Below, piece by piece: positions 38,713 to 47,973 of a stretch of 64,000 nt of DNA. Numbering within the stretch: position 1 is the first letter of the stretch; the number at the start of each line of letters is the position of its first letter. The DNA lies in IMG/VR virus record IMGVR_UViG_3300005253_000005; one strand, 5' to 3'. Origin of the DNA: an uncultured virus (IMG/VR IMGVR_UViG_3300005253_000005) (lineage: Duplodnaviria; Heunggongvirae; Uroviricota; Caudoviricetes). The notes beneath the pieces were generated by a model, which saw only the letters and a program-made list of their open reading frames with translations, was not told the DNA's origin and made no database searches. The position numbers and the translations under genes are program-made.

Positions 38713-39045
38713 TCATGGTTTATGTGTGCCTTCTACGCCCCTGTCTTCTCTGTCTTTAGTTCTATGATCCAGCCAGTGCAGTGCTTCCTGTAAATGTGTA
38801 ATAGCAAGACTATTTTCTCTGCACCTGAATCTCTTGTTAGCTACATTCTGGTAATACTGGAGTCTATCTACTACTATAGCAATAAGAGTCTCAACGAAGG
38901 CACCTTCTGGTTCTTTACGAGTACCATCTACCTGAAGAGGCCCAGACTGAAATTGTATATCTATACCTATGGCTTTTGCGAAGCCGCCTAAAGGTAAACC
39001 AGTATTCTTATCTTCAAAATGGGCTGTCTCATATGATTGGAGCAT
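38713..39045 (-). CDS. tad1: Tad1-like anti-defence nucleotide-sponge protein
   Basis: IQFQSGP...GAFVETLIAIVVDRLQYYQ...RENSLAITHLQEALHWLDHRTKDREDRGVEGT parallels the Tad1 pattern as I recall it (IKFQKG...DLLEIVRDRL..FQ...[25 protein letters not shown].GT). Confidence 0.75.
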   Translation of the reverse strand: MLQSYETAHFEDKNTGLPLGGFAKAIGIDIQFQSGPLQVDGTRKEPEGAFVETLIAIVVDRLQYYQNVANKRFRCRENSLAITHLQEALHWLDHRTKDREDRGVEGTHKP

Positions 39046-39048
39046 GGT

Positions 39049-39568
39049 TTATCCTCCTTCTTTTGTATAGCTATGATTGACTAGCCCACAACAGAATTGA
39101 ATGGCTATCTTATGAAAGTGAGGGGTTTTTTTATCATCAAGAGCATTATCCAGACAAGGCAGACAAGGCTTAAATCGTTCAGAGTGGACAAGCTCTTTAG
39201 CTCGATCAACTACCTTTTTTAGTACTGTGCCACTACCGAGAACCAGTTCTCCACTAGCATCTTCGAAAAGAACGAAATAAGGCAAGTCGGCTCCTAGCTC
39301 TGTTAGTTCTTTGAGAATCCCTGGAGCTCTTTGAAAAGCAGCTTGTATTTCCGCTTCTGTGTGGTGACTATCCATGATTATTCTCATCTGATTCTATACG
39401 AGTTATTACATACACAGACGAATCTCCTAGCAAGCTACCTACGTGATCTGTACATGAGAAAGTCTCATGTTCAAACCCCTCACCATCAATTCTCCACTCA
39501 GCGTCTAACTGGCAGCTAGGGCGTTCATCTCCAGCTTCACCTATAAAACAGCACTGTTCTTTTGCCAT
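39049..39568 (-). other. Two small hypothetical genes (39049-39387, 39368-39568)
   Basis: Co-oriented ORFs with RBSs. Confidence 0.6.
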
Positions 39569-39594
39569 GCTTGGTCTCCTTTCTTACTAAAGCG

Positions 39595-39662
39595 CTCTGG
39601 AGCGTGGGGCAGGTATTACCCTGACACCGACGACCCCTACGCGGCCACCCCGCGCACCAGAG
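39595..39662. ncRNA. Candidate three-way-junction structured element
   Basis: 15-position closing stem CTCTGGaGCGtGGGG/CCCCgCGCaCCAGAG enclosing a CAGG/CCTG hairpin and a second hairpin; GC-rich and intergenic. Confidence 0.45.
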
Positions 39663-39803
39663 AACTCTAATTACTTCTGTGCATAACCTTATTTATAAGT
39701 ACCATAATTAATACTATAGGAGATAAAAGAATGGCTGTTATTGCAAGAGAAACAGGTATAGCGCACAAGAATATAGCTATAAGTATTAACACTTCCAATA
39801 GAC

Positions 39804-40142
39804 TCATTCTGGTCGTCCTGTTACACCATCTTTACGAGTCTCTTTAATAGACATGGCTTCCATATATCGCTCCTCTCCTACTCTCAGAGCATCCCAAACG
39901 TCTATGTTTAAGATAGCTGCTAAGAGACGACACATAGTAATCGTATCTGCTAGTGCAATTTTTGTTTCTCCATGATATCCTCTAACTCCGCCCCAATGTT
40001 GATTTAGAGAGCATCTTATAAAGTCTCCAACTTCATAAGACAAAATGGCAGAAGTAAGAGGTATATTTTGGTCTTGAGGTTTATTAGCCAGAAGCTCCTT
40101 ACCTGAGTACTGAGCATGGAGCATTACTTGATCGCTGTCCAT
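39804..40142 (-). CDS. MazG-like (all-alpha NTP pyrophosphatase) protein
   Basis: LSYEVGDF...TKIALADTITMCRLLAAILNIDVWDAL. Confidence 0.6.
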   Translation of the reverse strand: MDSDQVMLHAQYSGKELLANKPQDQNIPLTSAILSYEVGDFIRCSLNQHWGGVRGYHGETKIALADTITMCRLLAAILNIDVWDALRVGEERYMEAMSIKETRKDGVTGRPE

Positions 40143-40771
40143 TATCTTTTTGGAATTGAGTCGTCTGGATTCATGGGTTCTATTACACCTTCAGCTATCG
40201 GTGGAGCCATTACTCTTGGCCCTTGAATTTCTAAGACAAGATCACCCATATCTAATCTGAAAGCCTTATGGTAGAAGCGTTGATCTACTGTAGTATGAGT
40301 AGTCTCTATATTCTTGAAGTTCCTTAATTGCTCTTCAAGCTTCTTGTACTGGTTATGATTTAAACTCAGATATAAGTCAGCCATATCTATCCTCTCTTTT
40401 GCTTCTTAACTATTCCTTCTTCACTAACAAGAACTGTCTGATTTATACGAGTATCAGAAGAGAATCTGTTCTTTATAATAGTGTATGTTCCGTCGTCATG
40501 TAATTCAATAACTAAAGCAGCCAACGCAATTTTTCTTACTGACCCCATAGTTTCTAACATAGCTTTTCCTTTCTTACTCCTATACTGTTATCTCTCGCAA
40601 TTGTGTATCTGGAGGGAGTTGACCGATTAACTGTGTCAGCACCAAAACTGCAGCAGCTGTATAGGCATCTACGGTTTGTCCATCTTCAAAAGAGTCTACG
40701 GCTTCTTGCAGCGTTATATTTCCTTTGTCCTGCTTCCACTCTTTAAATGCCGCAATTTCGTCTATGGGCAT
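40142..40771 (-). other. Small hypothetical genes (40142-40384, 40580-40771 and a short ORF between them)
   Basis: Coupled minus-strand ORFs. Confidence 0.55.
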
Positions 40772-41874
40772 TATTCTAACCTCATTGCCATCTGCTCGTG
40801 TCTGCGTATAATCGTTGTCAGATTCTCTATATCCATTTCTATGCCTATAGCATTAAATCCTAATTGGTATGCTGCTTCAAGGGTCGTTCCAGAACCTGCA
40901 AAGGGATCAAGGACTGTGCCACCTGGAGGCGTTATTAATCTTACTAGATACTTCATTAAGTCTAGCGGTTTTATCGTGGGATGATTAGAACCTTTACGTT
41001 CAGCTTTAGACGCCTTAGCCGTATAGAAGAATCTGGAAGGGCCACCAGAATCATCAAAGCCGTAAAGACCAGTGAAGCTTGGTAAACCATCACCGCCTCC
41101 ATATATCTGTCCAGGCTTACTGGTTAATACATCACGTCTGGATTGTGTAGGATCGGCTTGATTATCTAGCAGCGCAGCAGCTTCTTCGTCTAGGATAACA
41201 TTAGAAGGATAACGACCATTATCTTCTTCACCTATTCTACTAGCATCTATGTTTAACCCACCTGTACCATGATGCATTACATTACTGGCTACAGTCTTCT
41301 CTTTCAAGGGTTTTCGTGCTAGACAGACAGGCTCTACTGCTGGCTTAAGAGCTGTTCCCCAACCCTCCCACTTCTTAGCCTCATCGCTAGTAGCTTTAGT
41401 AATCTCGTGTTCTATAGGTGTATAGTCTCTCTTACCCTGTTTAAAATTATCTCCTCTATGGTCTGGAAGAGTTTGAGTACCTATTACTTCAGATTTAACT
41501 CCAAGCTTCTTGTCTATGGCTTTAGCTATATCCTGACTCTTGGGAAAGCCAGAGCCGTAGAGCCAGAGAATACAGTCACGTATCTCAAACCCTACATCTT
41601 CAAGAGCTACAACCATTCTGTGATAAGTTCTTGTACCACCACAGGACAGTATATGACCTCCAGGTTTCAGGACTCGCAGAGCAGGAACAGCCCACTTGTG
41701 ATGAAACAGTTTAATCTTAGATATATCGTCCCATTCTTTGCTCATGAAGCCAAGACCATATGGCGGATCAGTTACTATAGCATCAATAGAATTAGACGGT
41801 AGTTCTTCCATACGCTGCATACAGTCACCATGCAGAAGTCTAACTCTACCATCTGAATTAGTCCAGTCGCCCAT
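40771..41874 (-). CDS. DNA N6-adenine/N4-cytosine methyltransferase (beta class)
   Basis: VTDPPY, WLYGSGFPKS, GWGTALKPA, HPTIKP, LDPFAGSGTT. Confidence 0.93.
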   Translation of the reverse strand: MGDWTNSDGRVRLLHGDCMQRMEELPSNSIDAIVTDPPYGLGFMSKEWDDISKIKLFHHKWAVPALRVLKPGGHILSCGGTRTYHRMVVALEDVGFEIRDCILWLYGSGFPKSQDIAKAIDKKLGVKSEVIGTQTLPDHRGDNFKQGKRDYTPIEHEITKATSDEAKKWEGWGTALKPAVEPVCLARKPLKEKTVASNVMHHGTGGLNIDASRIGEEDNGRYPSNVILDEEAAALLDNQADPTQSRRDVLTSKPGQIYGGGDGLPSFTGLYGFDDSGGPSRFFYTAKASKAERKGSNHPTIKPLDLMKYLVRLITPPGGTVLDPFAGSGTTLEAAYQLGFNAIGIEMDIENLTTIIRRHEQMAMRLE

Positions 41875-42160
41875 TATTCTTTCTCAGAATCCTTGATATC
41901 GCGGTTTTACTTAATTCAAAGTGGCTACTTATTTCATTTACTGTTTTCCCTAGTCTCCTCATTCTGACTATCTCCTGATTCCGAGACGTATTCCGTATTT
42001 CTCTTACTCCACCCTTTTTATCAAATCGGCAAATTATTAGAGGACAAGTAAAGCAGCAGTCAGATATACCCGCGCAGCCACATCCTAAATTATGACCACA
42101 AGATACTATGGTGATTCTTAGGTCTTCGCCATGAATTATGGCATGGGCTGCGCTGCCCAT
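41858..42160 (-). CDS. Cys-cluster plus HTH protein
   Basis: GC...CFTCPLIICRFD followed by RNQEIVRM...GKTVNEISSHFELSKTAISRIL. Confidence 0.7.
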   Translation of the reverse strand: MGSAAHAIIHGEDLRITIVSCGHNLGCGCAGISDCCFTCPLIICRFDKKGGVREIRNTSRNQEIVRMRRLGKTVNEISSHFELSKTAISRILRKNNGRLD

Positions 42161-42426
42161 TATGAATTATTAAACCTTACAAATTTATCAAAGAAAGCCC
42201 AGGTTAGGACACCTGCTGGAACCATAAGACTTACTAAGGCAGCATATCCATTTGTAGACAGAATCTCGTATTCTATTTGGAGAAAGAATAGAATACCAGA
42301 GGGTATAGCTAGAAAAGCAGCACGTATACCTCCGTCCTGCAAGATATTAGTTCCTGTAGAACCCGTAAGAGACAAACGCTTAGGAGTACCTTCGTAGAAC
42401 GTTTTTTCGTCAAATTCTGGAGCCAT
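42160..42426 (-). CDS. Putative holin (two TM segments)
   Basis: Two hydrophobic helices; directly downstream of the endolysin. Confidence 0.6.
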   Translation of the reverse strand: MAPEFDEKTFYEGTPKRLSLTGSTGTNILQDGGIRAAFLAIPSGILFFLQIEYEILSTNGYAALVSLMVPAGVLTWAFFDKFVRFNNS

Positions 42427-42440
42427 AATAACCTCCTGTA

Positions 42441-43652
42441 CTAACTAGAGTAGTCAATTAGGAATTTTATTGCTTTTTTAACCTCTACGGCTTCAAGTTC
42501 AAGCCTATTAACCTCCATAATTTGAGCTGCAGTATCACGCTCTGCCTCTTTAAGTGTCAGGGTAAGATCAGTATTTGCCTTATCTAACTCAACTATCCTC
42601 TGTTCTAATAGAACTATCTCTGCTTCTTGTGCAGAACAATCAGGCTCTGGTATAGGCTCCGGTAAGGGAGGAGGAATTGTAGCAGAGACAGCGAATCCGT
42701 TTTGAATCTTCTTATCGAATGAGTATACAGTAAGATAATATGTGTTGTTCCATACTCCCTTAACAGCCAGCTTTGTACCTTTAACTAGCTTCTTTATAAC
42801 TGTAATTGCTCCAGGTAGTGCAACAAGGTTAGTGTCCTTATATAGAGTCACAGACTGACTAATTTGCTTTACGTCATCCCAAAATGACGGTGGAGGAAGC
42901 GGTGGTGGTGGAGCAGGCGGAATAGTTGCACTCTTAGCAAAGCCATTAGAAATTCTCTTATCGAAAGAATATTTTGTCAGATAGTGAGAATCTTTCCAAA
43001 GGCCACTGACAAGCAGTTTAGTTCCCTTCACTAATTTCTTGACAAAGATCATACTTGGTAGCTGTACAAGGTTAGTATCTTTGTATAGAGTTACTTCTGC
43101 ACTAACTGGTTTAACATCAGGCCAGATACCAGGAGATGTTTGGACTTTAGTTCCTGTTTCAAGTGCAGACCAAGGTATAGGAAAGCCAGGGCAGCCAGTG
43201 TTCATGAAGTAATTGTGCTCGAATCCAGTCACACCTTTCTTGACGCTAGCCCAACCTCGGAATCGAGCAATCTCAGACTCTACTTCAATGCCTTTAGCTT
43301 TTTGTGCAGCAGTAGGGCCTGAATGATTAGTGTCACCTTCCCATTCGATGCCGATACCTCTATAGTTAGCCTTCGCTCCAGCGTGCCAACACATCGCTTC
43401 TAATGGAAAGTGCTGTTCAGCTCTACCACTTCTAAAGAGAGTAATAGGCCAAGAGTTACCCCTGGATGACATTACATTATGAGGCTGATTGCCACTAGAG
43501 AACATTCCAGCAACGACGTGATTAACGATGAACTGCATAGAGTTACCGTATGGATTGCTGCCGTTAGGAACACCAGAGCCATACTGATCAAGACGACTTA
43601 AAGGATTAGGATACGGAACCTTTATGCAGGACTTCAGCCACGTCTCAGCCAT
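42441..43652 (-). CDS. Endolysin: N-acetylmuramoyl-L-alanine amidase with two cell-wall-binding-like repeats and a C-terminal coiled coil
   Basis: IVNH, CWHAG, GIGIEWEG, H...TGCPG; duplicated VTLYKDTNLV.LP...KKLVKGTKL...YSFDK.I.NGFA.SATIPP; poly-Pro linkers. Confidence 0.85.
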   Translation of the reverse strand: MAETWLKSCIKVPYPNPLSRLDQYGSGVPNGSNPYGNSMQFIVNHVVAGMFSSGNQPHNVMSSRGNSWPITLFRSGRAEQHFPLEAMCWHAGAKANYRGIGIEWEGDTNHSGPTAAQKAKGIEVESEIARFRGWASVKKGVTGFEHNYFMNTGCPGFPIPWSALETGTKVQTSPGIWPDVKPVSAEVTLYKDTNLVQLPSMIFVKKLVKGTKLLVSGLWKDSHYLTKYSFDKRISNGFAKSATIPPAPPPPLPPPSFWDDVKQISQSVTLYKDTNLVALPGAITVIKKLVKGTKLAVKGVWNNTYYLTVYSFDKKIQNGFAVSATIPPPLPEPIPEPDCSAQEAEIVLLEQRIVELDKANTDLTLTLKEAERDTAAQIMEVNRLELEAVEVKKAIKFLIDYSS

Positions 43653-43885
43653 TAATTAGCCTCCTGCCGCCGACCACCTTCGGCCTCTCCGTGAGTGATA
43701 GAAATGGTAGGATTATGTATCTTGTCCTCACAAGGAGAACAAATTCTAGAGTTTGGCCCTCCAGCAGTACAAACGCTGCAATAAGCTTCACCACATTTAG
43801 CACAACCGACAAATTGGCTAAGAGGCTTACGCTTACCGCATCCTTTACATCGAACTCCCATTACGCGATCCACCATTCTGGACAT
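43652..43885 (-). CDS. Small Zn-finger protein (four CxxC)
   Basis: CKGC, CAKC, CSVC, CSPC; ATG 43885 after GGAGGA. Confidence 0.65.
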   Translation of the reverse strand: MSRMVDRVMGVRCKGCGKRKPLSQFVGCAKCGEAYCSVCTAGGPNSRICSPCEDKIHNPTISITHGEAEGGRRQEAN

Positions 43886-44198
43886 ATCTTCTTCCTCCTT
43901 TTTACTTAACAGCTCTATACGGAGCAGGCTCTCCTTTTTCCCTGTAACCTTACCTATTATATTCATATTAGCGGGGGTGCAGCAATGAACATCACAGCGG
44001 CCAATCACAGTAAGCCTGCTCCGTATAGAGGTGTTAATCTATTGCTCCTGTTCCGCCTTTCTTGGTATTACTTTGTCTATCTCGAATACTAATCCATTGA
44101 TCTCTGTATTCATTTTATCACTAAAGGTTAATATCTGCGTTTGCATATTCAGCAGATAGGCTCTTAACAGAGACAGGGTTTTATCTTTATCACTCTCA

Positions 44199-46262
44199 CT
44201 AGCCACACTTTTCATAGCCACAAGCCTTATTTCTGCACTTCAGACAGCCTTCTTGATATATCAATTCACTATTGCAATCTGGGCAGAATAAACCTGCTAC
44301 TATCTGCATCTTATCACCGTTTCCAAACTTCATATACAACCATCTAAAGATATAGTCAATTAAAGATGTAGTGATAGGTATATCTGGATTGTCAGTCATA
44401 CCAGCGGGTTCAAACCGACTTCCTATATACTTGGGAGCTATACTGCCAATAGGAACCTGATTTTGTAAGAGCAGTGATGTTGAAATGCCTAGTGCATCAG
44501 ACAAGCCCTGTAAAGTAGAACCTTCCTTCGCCATCTTAATAAACACTTCTCCTAGTGTGCCATCATCATACATTCCAGCAGCAATATATCCTTCTTGTTC
44601 TCCCACTCTGAATTTATGGATTATCGCCTTTCTCTCGTCCGGTAGGCGTAACCTCCTGTTATTTGCTACTTGACCCTTTACAACTTGTCTATTCTTACTA
44701 AGAACCTGGACATCTCGACTTTTATCTCGATAGCATGTTCCACCTTTGCAACCTAATTCCCACATATGCACAAAACTAGCTTCGATTTCCTTGACCGTGG
44801 CTGTCTCTGGTAGGTTGATAGTCTTGCTTACGGCTAGATTGACATTAGATTGCCACGCGGCTTGATGTGCAATGTGCCACTTAGGAGAAACCTCATGTGC
44901 TGTTTTAGGTAGATTTAAACCATGTTCTTGCAGAAGGTCTAGAACAGGCTCTCTGACATGAAGCTCAACAGGTATTCCCTTATCATACATAGTACGAGTA
45001 TATTCCAGTTCATAAAAAGGTTCAATACCTGACGAACATCCTACTAGCTGTGATATAGAACCAGTAGGCGCAATACAGGTACGGGTAGTATTTCTCCGCA
45101 TAGGAATATTCTTATCTGGAGAGTTTTTAAAGGCTGGCGCGATACCTTTTTCTATTGCTAAATCATAGCTAGCCTTATCAGCAACATCTTGAATAAACAG
45201 ACTGATTTTTGATCCCCAATCAACAGCTCTTTGTGAATCATACTCTATACCCATAATAGCTAAAGCGTCAGCGTAGCCCATCACGCCAAGACCTATTTTA
45301 CGAGTGAGGGCTACTGCTTTCGATATAATAGGATCTGGAAAATCGTTAACATCTATCACATTATCAAGAGCTTTGACAGCAAGTGTAATATCTGCTTTAA
45401 GTTTAGCCCACTCCATATCTAAATAATCAATGCCGCCAGCTTTAACATAATGCCCTAGATTTATACTGCCAAGGTTACAAGCTTCCCCATGATATAGAGG
45501 AACCTCTCCACATGGATTGGTAGCTTCAAGACGACCAAGCCAGGGCGTAGGGTTATCTTTATTAGCATTATCTATAAAGAAGACACCAGGATCACCTGTC
45601 TTATGAGAAGACTCAGCAATCTCACGCATTCTAGCTCTAGCTTCAGGATCACCAGCTTTATAGCGTTTCATAAATTCATCAGTGATAGCTACTGATATGT
45701 TAAAGGTATGTAGCTCGTCAGGGTGCTCATCTTTAAAGTGAATAAACTCTTTAATGTTAGGATGATCTATAGATAATATACCCATCTGGGCACCAGAGCG
45801 TCTTCCGCCTTGGGTAACTAACTTAGCAGTTTCGTTATAAAATGGAAGTAGAGCGATAGGGCCACACGCTCGGCCCTGTACAGACTTAATTGGTTCACCT
45901 TCAGCTCTTACTCGACTTAGGCCATATCCTACACCGCCGCCGAATTTCATTATAAGTCCTGCGAGTCTGTTACATTCCATTATAGAGACTAAGCTATCTT
46001 CTACGATAAGCACGAAGCAGGCGCTTAGTAGTCCTTGACCTGTTCCAGCATTAAAAAGAGTGGGGCTATTAAACATGAAGTCGCCGGAGGCCATAAGATT
46101 ATAAATACCATCTGTGAACTTGCTACGATACTTTGGCTTTTCAGCGAGAGCTATATGTCCTGCTACACGAGCAAGCATATCTGAATATGTTTCTTCTTTC
46201 CACTGATATCTACGTCCGAATAGTTCTTTAGAGACTTCTGTCTGTTTAATCTCTGTATTCAT
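44199..46262 (-). CDS. nrdJ: Class II (adenosylcobalamin-dependent) ribonucleotide reductase with fused TSCPD-like and Zn-ribbon C-terminus
   Basis: FNSPTLFNAG, LSACF, GGGVG, QGGRRSGA, TNPCGE, RKIGLGVMG, IAPTGSIS, SSGIEP, AVSKTINLP, RFEPAG, CPDC..EGCLKC..C.YEKC. No beta-subunit gene seen. Confidence 0.92.
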   Translation of the reverse strand: MNTEIKQTEVSKELFGRRYQWKEETYSDMLARVAGHIALAEKPKYRSKFTDGIYNLMASGDFMFNSPTLFNAGTGQGLLSACFVLIVEDSLVSIMECNRLAGLIMKFGGGVGYGLSRVRAEGEPIKSVQGRACGPIALLPFYNETAKLVTQGGRRSGAQMGILSIDHPNIKEFIHFKDEHPDELHTFNISVAITDEFMKRYKAGDPEARARMREIAESSHKTGDPGVFFIDNANKDNPTPWLGRLEATNPCGEVPLYHGEACNLGSINLGHYVKAGGIDYLDMEWAKLKADITLAVKALDNVIDVNDFPDPIISKAVALTRKIGLGVMGYADALAIMGIEYDSQRAVDWGSKISLFIQDVADKASYDLAIEKGIAPAFKNSPDKNIPMRRNTTRTCIAPTGSISQLVGCSSGIEPFYELEYTRTMYDKGIPVELHVREPVLDLLQEHGLNLPKTAHEVSPKWHIAHQAAWQSNVNLAVSKTINLPETATVKEIEASFVHMWELGCKGGTCYRDKSRDVQVLSKNRQVVKGQVANNRRLRLPDERKAIIHKFRVGEQEGYIAAGMYDDGTLGEVFIKMAKEGSTLQGLSDALGISTSLLLQNQVPIGSIAPKYIGSRFEPAGMTDNPDIPITTSLIDYIFRWLYMKFGNGDKMQIVAGLFCPDCNSELIYQEGCLKCRNKACGYEKCG

Positions 46263-46485
46263 TACTCTCTCCACCCCAATTAATAACCAGAGTTTGTCCA
46301 CGCAAAATATTCCACATGATTCGAAACTTAGTTCTTAATGGAATACCAGAGAATGTAATCTCTGTATTCATTACTACCCTCTCCTCTTACACATCTGGCA
46401 ATAGTCTCTAACAGTAACTACTCGTGGCGGTTTATGCATCTCAACTAAGATAGGCTCTATAGGCTGTAGACAGTGGCGACATTCC

Positions 46486-46758
46486 TTAATCATCAGAAGA
46501 TTCTATTCTGATAATATCTAAATATACGCCAGAATATATCTCAATATCTTTACAGTTGAAAGCGTTGGTAAGAGTCTTTAATACTACTACAGTAGGTAGA
46601 GTTACACCTGACTCTAACAAAGAATACGATCCTCTAGGCATGTCTAACTCTTCTGCAAGAGTAGCTTGCGTCATCTTCTTAGCAAGTCTTAATTCTCGTA
46701 GTCTATTAGTCATTTTGCAGAAAGTTGGAGTCCCATTTGTCGCATGTTGTGATTTCAT
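46486..46758 (-). CDS. XRE-family HTH regulator
   Basis: NRLRELRLAKKMTQATLAEELDMPRGSYSLLESGVTLP. Start at 46758 (GGAG) or 46713. Confidence 0.85.
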   Translation of the reverse strand: MKSQHATNGTPTFCKMTNRLRELRLAKKMTQATLAEELDMPRGSYSLLESGVTLPTVVVLKTLTNAFNCKDIEIYSGVYLDIIRIESSDD

Positions 46759-46792
46759 GGTTTCTCCAGACGAACACGGCCAAAACCACGCT

Positions 46793-46902
46793 CGCAAACA
46801 TTGTTTATCAATGGTTTCAAGGGTAGCCGTGTATGGTTGGTATCCCGAATGAAACCAAGATCGGTTTCGTTCCTAGCCTCTCGCGCTAACATTGTTTATC
46901 AC
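46793..46902 (-). repeat. 110-bp element bounded by 19-bp direct repeats (copy 2, inverted relative to 22783-22893)
   Basis: Minus-strand GTGATAAACAATGTTAGCG at 46884-46902 and TTGATAAACAATGTTTGCG at 46793-46811. Confidence 0.85.
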
Positions 46903-46930
46903 TCATATCTTCGTTTTCTGGCCTTTAGTT

Positions 46931-47536
46931 TCACTGCCAACCGCAGTATCGCCAGGGGCTAATCCAGTTAGCCCCAAATCCAGACAATTCCCACGCTGAT
47001 CGTGCTGCATACTCAATATCTGACTGTAATTTAGTTTTATCATACGGCCCACCATTCTCAATAAAGTGTACAGGGTGTATTTGCCATAGACTTACTTCTC
47101 CTGCTCTTCCAATGGCCGTTCGATTAAGTTCGTAAGGATCAATTCCTGCTGAGAGTTTATATCCTTGTTCACAGTCGGCAATCGAAAAAGCCTTGGAGCT
47201 ATATATCCCGAAGACGGAATCGAGTAATCTGTCAAAACTTTCGATATTCCCAGATCGCAGGGGCAAGGACGTATTCGGTGATGACTGTAACACCATGTCT
47301 TCCACATCGGATGTCGGAGTCGCCACAGACGTAAACGTAACCAGCCAAGCATCTTCTATCTCCTGCTCCTGATTCGTTAAAATAACTCTGTAATTTGGAA
47401 TCCTGTCACGTAACCGAATCCTGTCATCAGGACTGCCCATAATATTAACGCTATCAGTCGTCTTATTGTCATCCCTACACCTTAATCCTAATACTGATCC
47501 TGTTATTGATCCCATAACAATAAACAGTATCAACAC
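46931..47536 (-). CDS. Membrane-anchored lysozyme-like/transglycosylase protein
   Basis: N-terminal hydrophobic segment; IADCE...N.TAIG..GEVSLWQI...AWELS..G.NW.SPW. Confidence 0.65.
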   Translation of the reverse strand: MLILFIVMGSITGSVLGLRCRDDNKTTDSVNIMGSPDDRIRLRDRIPNYRVILTNQEQEIEDAWLVTFTSVATPTSDVEDMVLQSSPNTSLPLRSGNIESFDRLLDSVFGIYSSKAFSIADCEQGYKLSAGIDPYELNRTAIGRAGEVSLWQIHPVHFIENGGPYDKTKLQSDIEYAARSAWELSGFGANWISPWRYCGWQ

Positions 47537-47733
47537 CCATCTTCCATTTAAGATTCTTTTACCACCCTACTATTACTATATTGATAAGCAGCAAAAGATT
47601 CATATAACTCTCCCTTCATCGACAGCTTTCCAATACTCTTCATTGCAGTACTCTTCCTAATGATCTTGACAATAGCCGATATCGCCGAATATCCATTCAG
47701 CTTCTTCAGAGCATTTTAAGCACTTCATCTGAT

Positions 47734-47961
47734 TTAGTCATTTGCCTCCTTGACAAACAACTTCTCTAATTCGGTTGCTTCTTTTCCAATACCTCTGATG
47801 TGTATTCCAGCCTGAAGAGCAGCATTACGAGGCAGTTGTTCAGTAGGAGATGTTACTACACTTGAACCAGCTCTCAAGTAACTTGCTGCTTGCATAATTT
47901 CACTTGCTAAATCCTGTAGCTTTCTCGCCAAAGGAATTGCCTCATTAGACTTAAGTGACAT
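47734..47961 (-). CDS. Hypothetical protein
   Basis: 75-aa ORF with AAGGAG RBS. Confidence 0.6.
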   Translation of the reverse strand: MSLKSNEAIPLARKLQDLASEIMQAASYLRAGSSVVTSPTEQLPRNAALQAGIHIRGIGKEATELEKLFVKEAND

Positions 47962-47973
47962 AATCTTCTCCTT

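Noticed and set aside
39595..39662. tRNA or terminator
   Set aside because: No T-loop, anticodon arm or cloverleaf geometry, and no U-tract.
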